From the NCBI GenBank assembly GCA_977018835.1, contig OZ361257.1:1736001-1800000 (forward strand): a stretch of DNA of 64,000 bases. The letters run 5' to 3'. The notes under the pieces were generated by a model that worked only from the letters and a program-made list of their open reading frames with translations, was not told where the DNA came from and made no database searches. Position numbers and translations under genes: made by a program. Below are positions 25,801-35,972 of the stretch, one piece after another. This stretch comes from Minutocellus sp. GHC0000111. Taxonomy: Eukaryota. Within the stretch, counting starts at the first letter, position 1, and every line of letters starts with the position of its first letter.

Positions 25801-26784
25801 TCGCTCCCGCTGCTGCTGCTGGGCATGTTCCTGTCCATCGGCACCAGTACCATTACCAGCAGTGTCGGCAGTATCGGTACGTGCAGCATCAGCCGCACTG
25901 GCATTAGTGGCCAACCCTCCCATCCCCACGACCATGCTCTGGAGGAGCAAGCTTTCCAGATCGGTCCGGGCCGAGTACGGGTTGGACGCGGGGGTGGGGC
26001 TGGAGTAGCGCCGGTAGGCAAACTCCTGCTGCGGCTGCTGGTCCTGCTGCAGCTGCTGCTGCTGCTGCTGACTTGGATTTGGCAGATGGGCATCTGCGTT
26101 GCCATTGCCAGCGACCCAGCTGCACGGCGGGGGCGGCGAAAGGGGCGGGCTGGCCACGCCGTCGGTGCGCTCGGCATCAGCATCTGCGGCTGCGGCCGGC
26201 GGCATCTCCTCCTCCTCCAACTCGTCGACAATATACTCCCCCTCCTCGTTGCTGCGCCCACCGCCGACCACGGCGGGGGTGCTGTAGTCCTGGGGATGCT
26301 CGTACGGACAATGGCCGCCACGATGGCGATGGCGACGGCGACAGTCCGCGCCGAACCGGCACGGCCGGCGCGACTTGGGCAGGTTGGATTTGCGGCCGGA
26401 GCTGTCCCTGCCCTTGCTGTCCTTGGTCTTGGTCATGGACGAGGCGGCGGCAGCCGAATCCACGACGGTCGTCGGGCTGGTCCCATCTCCACCCCCATTA
26501 CCACTCACACTCACACCCTCGTCCTTGGGGGGCGTAATGTTATTATTATTGGAATTGTTGGAGCTATTCCTGTTGGTGTACTTGGCAGGATCGTCCAATG
26601 CATCATGGGAGAAGTGGCACCTGTCCCCCCGCCGGCATCCGCTGGGACCGAAATAAAAGCGACACGCCCTGGAGACCTTGGCGTCCTTGGGGCGGGAGAA
26701 TCCCCGGCGTTGTCCCTGCCCCTGTCCTCCCTGCTGCTGCTGGGCATGGTGGGCACCGCGTCCGCCGGCGGAACGGGACGGCAT
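22892..26784 (-). CDS. Multidomain protein: two CCCH zinc fingers, GAT-like segment, coiled coil, C-terminal DnaJ domain; intron 23038-23156
   Basis: CRFYFGPSGCRRGDRCHFSH and CRFGADCRR..CPYEH; spliced J-domain ILGVPVDADAKTIKTKYRRLALQYHPDK..FKKYQSAYDHL. Confidence 0.8.
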
Positions 26785-27167
26785 GGCGAAGGAATTGGGT
26801 TTTGGCTTTACTAGTATTGGCGTTGGGTTGATATGAGGATATGCCAGCAACAACACCAATAACACAAGATGTGCCGGAAAGAAATGAGGCGGCGAGAGGC
26901 AGGAGAGATTTTCCCGCAAACCGCCAAGAAAGCCAGCACCGCCAAAGTAGGGTCGAGCGAGTCCATTGTTCATCTCAAGTAGACTCGTTCGACTCATACA
27001 TTGCCCGAGATTCAAAACTGCCGGGCCAAGATTCGCCGACGCGAACACAAGCGCATAGTGCGAAAATGGCAGGCACAGAGAGGAGCAGAGGTGAGCAGAA
27101 CAGAACGCCAGCACTCACGTGATATGATGTGCTCATCATCTCGCCTCCCACAATTATTGCAACAACG

Positions 27168-29543
27168 ATGATCCGATTCAAGCAGCGGATGAGCCTCTGC
27201 TCGGAGGTTAGCATTGCCAGCAGCAACGACGACGGCACCGTATCAGCTGCATCAGCTGCCGGGCAAGCACAAAGAGATTCTCGTCACCACTCACCTCCGC
27301 CAGTTCCGGCCGTCAGCGTGAATATCAACCTCGGCCGGGTAGATTCCTCGACATCCCTGCACCACCTACCGCCGTCCAGCGATTCTTCCCTCGCCTCATT
27401 GGCGGATGTTCCCAACGACAGCCACAGGGCAGCTCCTGCATGTACCCCTACCGCTCTGCCAATGTCGCACGTCGAGGTTCCTCCTCCCGGGACGAAGATT
27501 CACGTCGACGACGCGAATGGCAGCAGCAGCAGCAGCTCGACATCACCAGCAGTTGCCGTCATGACCGACGCAAACGTTGTCAGCCCGTCCAATTCCAACC
27601 ATGGTCCAGTTGCCGGAAAGAAGCGCACGGTATCCGACGCCACCGACGAAGATTCGTCCTCGTCCTCGCAAATACACATCAACTCCGGCAATTCGCCCAT
27701 CACCACCAAGAGCAGCAAGAGGCCGCGCACCCTCCATCTTGCAGCCAAAGATTCGGCAGATTCACCCTCATCCGCCAAACTCCATCATCCCCGCCTCCTG
27801 GCCTGCCCGGCCGATCCCCGTCATCTCAATCCTCTTCACTGCTTCGTCCGTAGCCAGATCGAAGTGTTCGCCGCCACCCCACAAGACGTGGCGGCACCCT
27901 GCCCGGGACGCAAGATCCGCATCCAGCTGGGCCAGGTGGGCTTGCGGTGCGTCCACTGCAAGCGGGCCGAAACGAGTGCCATCAATACTGCCACTACTGC
28001 TGCTGCTACCAACAGCGCCAAGCAGCACAGACGGCCCAAACGGATCAAGAGGGCGGTGTGCTACCCGTCCAAGGTATCCAGAATCTACAATTCCGTGAGC
28101 GATATGAAGTTCGATCACTTTGGCATATGTCCCCACATGCCCGTGGAGTTGCAGAATAAACTTGCGCTGTTGAAGGCCTTGCATGGTGGTAGCACTACTA
28201 ATAATGGAGGTGGTGGTAAGAGAGGTGGTACGGCAAGCAGCGACGTCAGCGTGGCGTCCAAATCGTCCGCATCCGTCTCCACCACTTCTACTTCCAGCAC
28301 CGGTGCCTCCTCGTCGTCCACATCATCCACATCCACCTCGTCCACATCGGCGGCATCGACGGCGCAATACTACCACGAGACGGCCCAGCTGGTCGGCCTG
28401 GTCGATGCCCCATCCGAGGGCACCGTGGGAGGTGGCATCCGTTTCGGACCTCCGCCAGCGGTTCGGCCGCCATTGTCGCAGACCCCTCCTCTGCCCCTGA
28501 CGGTGGACGTTGTGCCCCCCAAGAAGCCCAAGAGACGTAAAACTGCTGTTGCCAAGGTCATTTCCAAGACGATTCCTCCAGCTCAAGATGTCGTCCCGAT
28601 CCAGCCATGTGTCACCGTCGCTACCAAAATTCCTACGTGTACCGCCTCACAAGTTACTCTTCCTCTTCCCCTGCCAAGTTCCATCGACGACAATACCACC
28701 ACCACCGCCACCACCACCAACAACAAGACCTTCCTCCTCGCCGCACCTGAAGACGAGCAGATTTTGAATCCCATCCACTGCTTCGTCCGGCGCAACGTCG
28801 AGGTATTCGCCGCCACGGCCGCCGACATTGCCGCGCCGGCACCCGGTCGCAAGAATCGCCTCGTCGTCGGGCAGGTGGGCATCCGCTGCGTGCACTGCGT
28901 CCATCTGCCGCAGAGAGATCGAGTCAAGCGTTCGATTTGCTACCCTCCCAACGTTTCGGGCATCTACCACGCCGTTTCCAACATGAAGTTCGATCACTTT
29001 GGTTCGTGCAAGGGCCTCGATGCCGAGACCAGGGCCGAATTCCAGACCCTGAGGGCTGCATGTGGTCGCAAGGGTGGAGGCAGGGCTGTCAAGTCAAGTA
29101 GCAGCAGCGGGGCTCCAACTGCTGCTGCTCGAGGCACCACGTCCTCGTCCACGGCGCAGTACTATCACGATTCGGCCCAAAATCTCGGCCTGGTCGATAC
29201 CAGCGATGGCATCCGGTTCCTCCCCGGAGAGGCCGCCAAGCTCCGTGCGGCAGCTGCCATGGTCATTCAGGCTCGTCAAGGTTCCTCGCCTCCGCCGATG
29301 GCTGCTGCTGCACCCACCAAGGTTCAGATTCCATGTGCCGCATCGGCACCACTCCCTCCTTTGGACAGTGGAGCTCGAAGTGCCATCTCCGTCACCCCCG
29401 ATCATTCGAAGTATCCATCGGCGCTCCCCAATTTTGCTCATCGGGAGCCCATTCCAGATGGACTGTCGGCGCTCATGATGGCAGCGTCGCAGAGGTCGGC
29501 AGAATATGCCCCCCAAACGGCCACCGCAAAGCTGGCCGTATAG
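27168..29543 (+). CDS. Uncharacterised protein with two copies of a Cys/His-containing domain typical of diatoms
   Basis: Duplicated LNPxHCFVRxxxEVF...VGxRCVHC...CYP....IYxxVSxMKFDHF..C...TAQYYHxxA..GLVD...GIRF. Confidence 0.75.
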   Translation: MIRFKQRMSLCSEVSIASSNDDGTVSAASAAGQAQRDSRHHSPPPVPAVSVNINLGRVDSSTSLHHLPPSSDSSLASLADVPNDSHRAAPACTPTALPMSHVEVPPPGTKIHVDDANGSSSSSSTSPAVAVMTDANVVSPSNSNHGPVAGKKRTVSDATDEDSSSSSQIHINSGNSPITTKSSKRPRTLHLAAKDSADSPSSAKLHHPRLLACPADPRHLNPLHCFVRSQIEVFAATPQDVAAPCPGRKIRIQLGQVGLRCVHCKRAETSAINTATTAAATNSAKQHRRPKRIKRAVCYPSKVSRIYNSVSDMKFDHFGICPHMPVELQNKLALLKALHGGSTTNNGGGGKRGGTASSDVSVASKSSASVSTTSTSSTGASSSSTSSTSTSSTSAASTAQYYHETAQLVGLVDAPSEGTVGGGIRFGPPPAVRPPLSQTPPLPLTVDVVPPKKPKRRKTAVAKVISKTIPPAQDVVPIQPCVTVATKIPTCTASQVTLPLPLPSSIDDNTTTTATTTNNKTFLLAAPEDEQILNPIHCFVRRNVEVFAATAADIAAPAPGRKNRLVVGQVGIRCVHCVHLPQRDRVKRSICYPPNVSGIYHAVSNMKFDHFGSCKGLDAETRAEFQTLRAACGRKGGGRAVKSSSSSGAPTAAARGTTSSSTAQYYHDSAQNLGLVDTSDGIRFLPGEAAKLRAAAAMVIQARQGSSPPPMAAAAPTKVQIPCAASAPLPPLDSGARSAISVTPDHSKYPSALPNFAHREPIPDGLSALMMAASQRSAEYAPQTATAKLAV

Positions 29544-29717
29544 TCTGGGAAACATTTTTACATACTTTTTTCGCTAAGCTTATTTAGAATAGATTCATTT
29601 TTGATAGATCAACCAAACCCAAGTTAAGTTATGTTCAGCTACTGCGTGGCTTTATGCTATGATGAAAAATCAATAAGGCACCAACCTCGACACTCCCTTC
29701 TGCGAGCATAGTATATG

Positions 29718-30785
29718 TTATCTTCCACTCCTCTGACAACAAATAAGAGAACAAATTCCACCACCACTGTATCCCCGCTCATCATCGTTGACAAGCCGAT
29801 AGCACTTTGTGGCTGTTAGGTTGCACTTGTTCAAAAATTCCACCGACATGTCCTCCGCCCATGCGCGATGCCCTTCGGTCAGTTCCGCTTCATTGTTCAC
29901 AACGGGAATATCTGGGTCCACCAACAGGTTGTATATATACCACGTTGCGTCTTTCCTCCCATGGCACTGTGATAACACCCACTGCGCACCTGGATTCCGT
30001 GGGATTGTCTACTTGCATCTCAAATACAAATTCGCCCAGAACAAAGTGATACTTTTTCGAGGAATCCTGACAAAGCCGTTCGTACTTCTTAAAGGAAATT
30101 CTTGGCAATGATTTTTCATCCTTTGTCTTGCATGGAAATTTCAGATAATCTCCTGGTTTGCGACTGGGAACAAACGGTACGCTCATAATTTGATACTCAA
30201 TGTACTCCTCATCGACCTTGTACCGACGCAGTCCCTGCGCTATCAGCTTGAGGTAGCGTTCCTGTGCCGGCGTCTCAATCGGCGTGTCGTTATCCACATC
30301 CAACCCTTCCGGCACAAAGACATTGGATCGGATTGGTTTATCTGGTTCGTCATACGGATGCACATTCACCTGCAGCACCTTGTTGCTGCCCGCATTTTGA
30401 TCCCGATAGGCCTCCCAATCCTCTGGAGAATCGAACCGCATGAAAATTCCATGGACCTCGCATCCGTGACCTTCCACGACGTTGGCAATTCCTCCGACGA
30501 CAAAGGTTATTCGATATTCGGGTAGCATGGCTGCACACTCGTCAACAACTTTCACGTTTTGTCTTTGTCGAACTATTGGGTTGACGATCGGTCCAACCCC
30601 AAAGTAATAAATGGCTTCACTATTATCCGTATTGTCTTGGGTTGGTCGTCGGCATCTTCGCTTTTGTTGGTTGCCGCGGGAAGCGACCGGCATGTGTCGG
30701 CCAAGGTCTGCTCGTGCGCTGGCCCTGTGTAAATGGAGAACTCATTGTCTTTTGAGTTGTCAGTATCTTCTGCGCTGGTAGGCAT
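29718..30785 (-). CDS. Gamma-glutamylcyclotransferase-fold protein, copy 1 (two frameshifts, near 30640 and 30000)
   Basis: YYFGVGPIVN..AMLPEYRITF..ANVVEGHGCEVHG..ERYLKLI; colinear with the intact paralog at 32729-33856. Confidence 0.65.
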
Positions 30786-31249
30786 GGTAAGGGCAAGTCA
30801 AACGGGTACGGCTTACTAATACGGCCATTGATTGGCTCCACATCAACATGAACAATGGCAGTTCTGCCACAGAAATATGAAAAAGTTGAATATTTACCAT
30901 ATTATTCTGAGTATCCTTTTTCCTTATTGCACATGCAACCTCATCGCTTTTACCAGCCGGCACCGCGTAGCGTAGGCGCGTTGGCTTCTTACCGATACCG
31001 GCAAGGGGGCCGCGTGTCACACCATCGGAGCAGCACACAGATACGCAGGACGTGCAACCTTTCCTTTGGCAGAGGAGCAATCTCCAGTAGAGTGCATCGC
31101 AGTCGCGATCGCGCGAGGTATCTGAAGGTTGATCGACCGTCTTGGTATTTGAAATTTTTGGCCGCCAATTGTTGCATGAAGGAATTCCTGCAGCCGTGTG
31201 GGTCATTATTACGAGAGATTATCAATAGCTACAACTTCAAGATCGACAG

Positions 31250-32557
31250 ATGAACGGTTGCGAGGTTGCAAACGCTGGCCAAGGCGTCAGTAGCAGGGAA
31301 GTTGCCAGAACTCAGTGGAAAACAATCCGACACACATTCCACAGCTTTGCGAATCTGAATGCGCATCGGGGCACCTCGGTGGGCTCCCCGAAGATCGAAT
31401 GCCACGGCCTTCAGTGGAAGATCAAACTATACCCTGGCGGCGAATGGGAATCGAGCGAATCTGCCACATTTGTTTCGATACTTCTGAGCTGCGAATCGTC
31501 CACGGAGGTGGGAAAAGACGTGAGGGCATCATACATAATATGGTCTCCCACTGCCAGAGGTCCGCCACTCGCTTGGTCAGAAAATGGCCCGTACACTTTC
31601 GGGACGTCATCTTTTACGTCCTGGGGGAATCATGACTGTGTCCTAAGAGAGGACGTTCTTCACCCTATGAGTGGTTTTCTTGTCAATGGCAATTTGGCCA
31701 TCGAGGTTGATATTCAGGTTGTACTCGACACCTTTCCTTGGTCAGCTAACGCAAAGCTCGAGGCTACCAGCGCGAAGCTTGCCGATGTCACCGCGAGGCT
31801 TCGTGGGCTAAAAAAAGAACACCGTCAGGTGAAATCTCTTTCGGTGGACATGACCCAGCTTTTGGACTCTGAGGACAGCGCGGATGTGACCTACGAGGTT
31901 GGACGCAAGGCCGAGGGCCAGAAGAAAAAGATATTCAATGTACACCGCCTTGTTCTTTCTACTCGTTGCCCAGTTTTGGCATCTTTGGTCGAGGATTGCA
32001 ATGCCGAAGGACCAATTCCAATTGAAGATATCGATCCCAACATGTTCCTGATGCTTTTGCGCTTTGTCTACGGCGGAGAGGTTCCTGGCAAGAATGTTCT
32101 GAAGAAGGATGCCCAGGCCATCATTCGTGCTGCTGATCGTTTCGGTTGCACCGGTCTCAAACTTCACGTCGAAGCAGAGCTGGCTTGGGCCGACATCAGT
32201 GCAAATGATGTCGCAGAACTGATTCTTTTTGCAGATGCCACAAACTGTGCGTTGCTCAAGGAGGCAGCTATGGATGTATTTGTTGGCGACATCGAAGGAG
32301 TTATTGCGTCGAAGGGATACTATCAGGTCAAAGAGTCGCCCTCTATTATGGCAGAGATGATGGCGGCTATGGCTTCTGCGAACAAGAAACGACCCGCGTC
32401 CAATAGTGGTGACAGTGCCAAGGACTACAAGCGAATGCGCGTTGTTACCTTGCGCGAGAAACTTGAAGCCAAGGGACTCGATATCGATGGATCGAAGGAA
32501 ATGTTGGTATCTCGACTCAAAGAAGCAGAGAAGAATGTGGTTGAGGTCAAAGGTTGA
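31250..32557 (+). CDS. MATH-BTB-SAP protein, copy 1
   Basis: MATH (WKIKLYPGG, GNLAIEVDIQV), BTB (ADVTYEVG..VHRLVLSTRCPVL..LLRFVYGG..AADRFG), SAP (YKRMRVVTLREKLEAKGLDIDGSKEMLVSRL). Confidence 0.88.
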   Translation: MNGCEVANAGQGVSSREVARTQWKTIRHTFHSFANLNAHRGTSVGSPKIECHGLQWKIKLYPGGEWESSESATFVSILLSCESSTEVGKDVRASYIIWSPTARGPPLAWSENGPYTFGTSSFTSWGNHDCVLREDVLHPMSGFLVNGNLAIEVDIQVVLDTFPWSANAKLEATSAKLADVTARLRGLKKEHRQVKSLSVDMTQLLDSEDSADVTYEVGRKAEGQKKKIFNVHRLVLSTRCPVLASLVEDCNAEGPIPIEDIDPNMFLMLLRFVYGGEVPGKNVLKKDAQAIIRAADRFGCTGLKLHVEAELAWADISANDVAELILFADATNCALLKEAAMDVFVGDIEGVIASKGYYQVKESPSIMAEMMAAMASANKKRPASNSGDSAKDYKRMRVVTLREKLEAKGLDIDGSKEMLVSRLKEAEKNVVEVKG

Positions 32558-32728
32558 ATAGATAGATGTAGAGTTGTCGTATTCCTCCTTGTCTGGTCTC
32601 TCGAAGCTGTTTCTTGCTCGTGACATTGAGGACTCGGCTCTATGGTCCATCTCTCGGAAGGGATCATATCAAATTATTTATGTAACTAGCTAGGGAGCTT
32701 TTATTCATTGAAGTATTCATTAACCAAG

Positions 32729-33856
32729 TTAGCACTGCCTTCCCTCTTCCACAACTTGAACCGGCGATCCTCGGCAGCAAAGTAAGGCAAGCAGCCCGCC
32801 GCCCAAGCCCGAACCACCAGCACCTTCCGCACCCTTGTCGCTGTCCACAAGCCGATAACATTTGGTCGCTGTCAGATTGCACTTGGACAGGTACTCGTAC
32901 GTCATACTTTGAACCCACTCGTAATGCAAAGGCGTCAGATCTTCCTCGCTTTCTACTTCCGGAATGTCCGGATCGATTCGTATTTTGTATATAGTCCAAG
33001 ACATATCGCCTTTGCCGTGGCACTGACCATGAATCCACCCAGCGCCAGGATTTTCCGCATTGCCCACGGGCATCTCGAAGACGTCTTTGTGCATGATAAA
33101 GTAGTACTTGTCTTTGGCACTTTTACAAAGATTCTTATACTTGTCGTAGGTAATGGGGATGATCTTGGACTCGGATGGGAATTTGTAGTAGTCTCCTGGT
33201 TTGCGACTTGGAACGTACTCGTTACTCATGATGGTGTAATCAATATACTCGTCATCCACGCCATGAAAACGGAGGCCGTCCGAAATCAGTTTGAGATACC
33301 GTTCTTCGGCTGGCTGTTCCATCGGTGCATCCTTGGCAATGTCCTTACCTTCCATCACAAACACATAGGCTCGAATGGGGGTATCCGGAGCATTGTAGGC
33401 ATAGACATCGACTGATCGTACTTGGTCATTACCGGCGTTCATCTTTTTGTAGTCCTCCCAAGATTGCTGGGAGTCAAACTTCATCAGCACACCGTGCACC
33501 TCACATCCGCTACCTTGAACGATGTTTGCTATCCCACCGACGGCGAAGGTTGTGCGGTATTCCGATAGGATGGCGGCCCGTTCCTCGCTTACTTGGACAC
33601 CGCGCCGTTTACGAACCACTGGATTAACGATGGGGCCAGTGCCAAAGTAGTGGGCCCCATCCTCAGTTTTCAATGGCTTGGTTTGATCGTCTGCATTTGG
33701 CTGCTTGGAATCATCGCCATGATCTTCTTGAAGCTTCAGCGCATCGGGCTGCAGGTCGAGCGACCTTCGACTTGAGGACAACCTCTCCTCGCTCTCGGGT
33801 CCGGTGTAGATGGAGAAGGATACGTTCTGAGAACTCATGTTCTTTGGAGAATTCAT
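32729..33856 (-). CDS. Gamma-glutamylcyclotransferase-fold protein, copy 2 (intact)
   Basis: 375-aa ORF; HYFGTGPIVN..AAILSEYRTTF..ANIVQGSGCEVHGVL..PAEERYLKLISDGLRFHGVDDEYI resembles GGCT-like folds. Confidence 0.7.
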   Translation of the reverse strand: MNSPKNMSSQNVSFSIYTGPESEERLSSSRRSLDLQPDALKLQEDHGDDSKQPNADDQTKPLKTEDGAHYFGTGPIVNPVVRKRRGVQVSEERAAILSEYRTTFAVGGIANIVQGSGCEVHGVLMKFDSQQSWEDYKKMNAGNDQVRSVDVYAYNAPDTPIRAYVFVMEGKDIAKDAPMEQPAEERYLKLISDGLRFHGVDDEYIDYTIMSNEYVPSRKPGDYYKFPSESKIIPITYDKYKNLCKSAKDKYYFIMHKDVFEMPVGNAENPGAGWIHGQCHGKGDMSWTIYKIRIDPDIPEVESEEDLTPLHYEWVQSMTYEYLSKCNLTATKCYRLVDSDKGAEGAGGSGLGGGLLALLCCRGSPVQVVEEGRQC

Positions 33857-34314
33857 GCTCTTTGATAAACGAGGTCGCTCGAGAAACTTTCAATTGCTGT
33901 TATGTTGCCAAAGCAGAAGAGTGCAGGTCACAATTGTAGGTCAGCCTGTTCTATTTATGGTTATTCTGCAAGTTCTGGCGTGCTTTGTGCGTGCCCTTCA
34001 ACAGGAGGAGGCGAGCGAGGCCGACCACGTGCGTGTGTGCGTGCGCCATGGTTTTCATGACTGGACTCATTCGACCTAAATAACATGTAAATATGAAAAT
34101 TTTGAACAATCATTTTTCGTATTCCATGTTCTCAAGGCGGAGTTTGCACAAAAATCTTCAGCACCAAACCAGCAAGAACCATTTGGAGCGAAGCAATATT
34201 GGAGGAAGCTTGATCCTTGTAGCTGGGATTGAGCTTGAAGTGTCCAGTGCATTCATTCCAGAGGCGTCGCGAGATCAGATCGCCTACTTTGAAAATTTCG
34301 GCCACACTGAAACG

Positions 34315-35742
34315 ATGAACGGTGGTTACGAGGTTGTTGACGCCGGCCACCACGGCAGCGAGAAGGAGTTGATAAAGACCGAGTGGAAGACGATCCGAAC
34401 GACCTTTCACAACTTTGCATCCCTGCCGTCTAATCTCGGAGAGATGGTCAGCTCTCCGGTGCTGGAATGTCACGGTCTGAAGTGGAAGCTTGAGATGTAT
34501 CCCGGAGGAGATTTTTCTCCGAACCCATACCCGCACGTGGCCTGCGTTTCACTTTTTTTACGGTGCCTATCATCGGTGGAGAAAGGTCAGGCTATCAAAG
34601 CAGCGTTCGTGATCAGGGCTCCAACTGCTAGGTACCAGGGTGGAACACGAATGACATGGTCGGATGGGGCCCTGACCTTTGGAACTTCTCCTACCAACTC
34701 AGCTTGTGGGGGAGATAATTACAACACTCGGAGAGACTATCTCCTGAATCCGTCCAACCGCTTTCTCATTGGAGGTAATTTGACCATCGAAGTTGACATT
34801 CAAGTTGTTTTTGATAACTTTCCTTGGGCAGCACCAACGGTGCCGATGAACAGCGCTAGGCTTATATACAATGCTGCATGTTCGGCCCGTCGAAAGGAAG
34901 ATGCTGACGAAAAAGCTCGTTTGAAGGAGAAATATGAAGCGCTACAAAAGACCCACAAAGCCACGAAAGCGAATTTGTTTGCATTTAAAGATGCGTTCAA
35001 GAGACTGGACCAGCACATGGTGCCCCTCTCGCTAGATATGCGCCAACTTCTGGAATCAGGAGACAATTCCGATGTGACGTTCGAGATTGGTCGCAATGGT
35101 GAGGGGAATAAGAAAAAGACTTTCCATGCGCACAGCCTCATCCTCTCTGCTCGTTGTCCCGTTCTAGCATCATTGATCGAGGACTGCGATGCTGGCGACT
35201 CCATTCCCATTGAAGATGTTGAGCCTGGTATGTTCCGTACGCTTTTGTGATTTATCTACTGCGGAGTAGTTCCTAACAACACCGCCCTGAAGAATGCCCA
35301 GTCCATCATTCGCACGGCCGATCGTTTCGGTTGCACCGGTCTCAAGCTATTCGCCGAAGCCCAGCTAGCATCGGCTGATATCAGCACGGAGAACGTTGCA
35401 GAAACGATCCTATTTGCAGATGCTACCAACTGTGCCTTGCTCAAGGAAGTAGCCATGGACAAGTTCATTGACGATATCGAAGGAGTTATGGCGTCGGACG
35501 GATACGAGCAGGTGAAGGAATCACCTGCAATTTTGGCAGAAATGATGGCCGCCATGGCTTCGGCGCACAAGAAGCGGCCCGCTCGCGACAACGGGAACGA
35601 AAGCAAGGACTACAAGCGTATGCGTGTTGCTACATTGCGCAAGAAGCTTGAAGCCAAGGGACTCGATATCGATGGGTCGAAGGAAATGCTGGTGTCTCGT
35701 CTCAAAGAAGCAGAGAAGGATGTGGTCGAGGTTGAAGTCTGA
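34315..35742 (+). pseudogene. MATH-BTB-SAP protein, copy 2, with an in-frame TGA at 35248-35250
   Basis: Colinear with copies 1 and 3; MFRTLL*FIY where the paralogs have LLRF (Arg); the reading frame continues to the SAP domain. Confidence 0.75.
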
Positions 35743-35972
35743 ACAGATAGATGCAGAGACGCCATGCCCCAAGAGCATTGTTAGACTGTTCCCCTCTTGT
35801 CCACTTCTTCAACATTTCTATTTGTTTCAAGAGGCATCGGCATAGGGAATTGTAAAAGATAGGGTCGGACCATAAATTGTCTGTAGTAGAAACGTTCAGA
35901 GTATCACGCATAAAAGTCAGCTGCTAAGGAGGAAATACAATAGTAGCTAGCTAGCAGCTTAGATCTATCTCA

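Noticed and set aside
34093..34314. Upstream extension of MATH-BTB-SAP copy 2
   Set aside because: The paralogs start at MNG(G/C), i.e. ATG 34315
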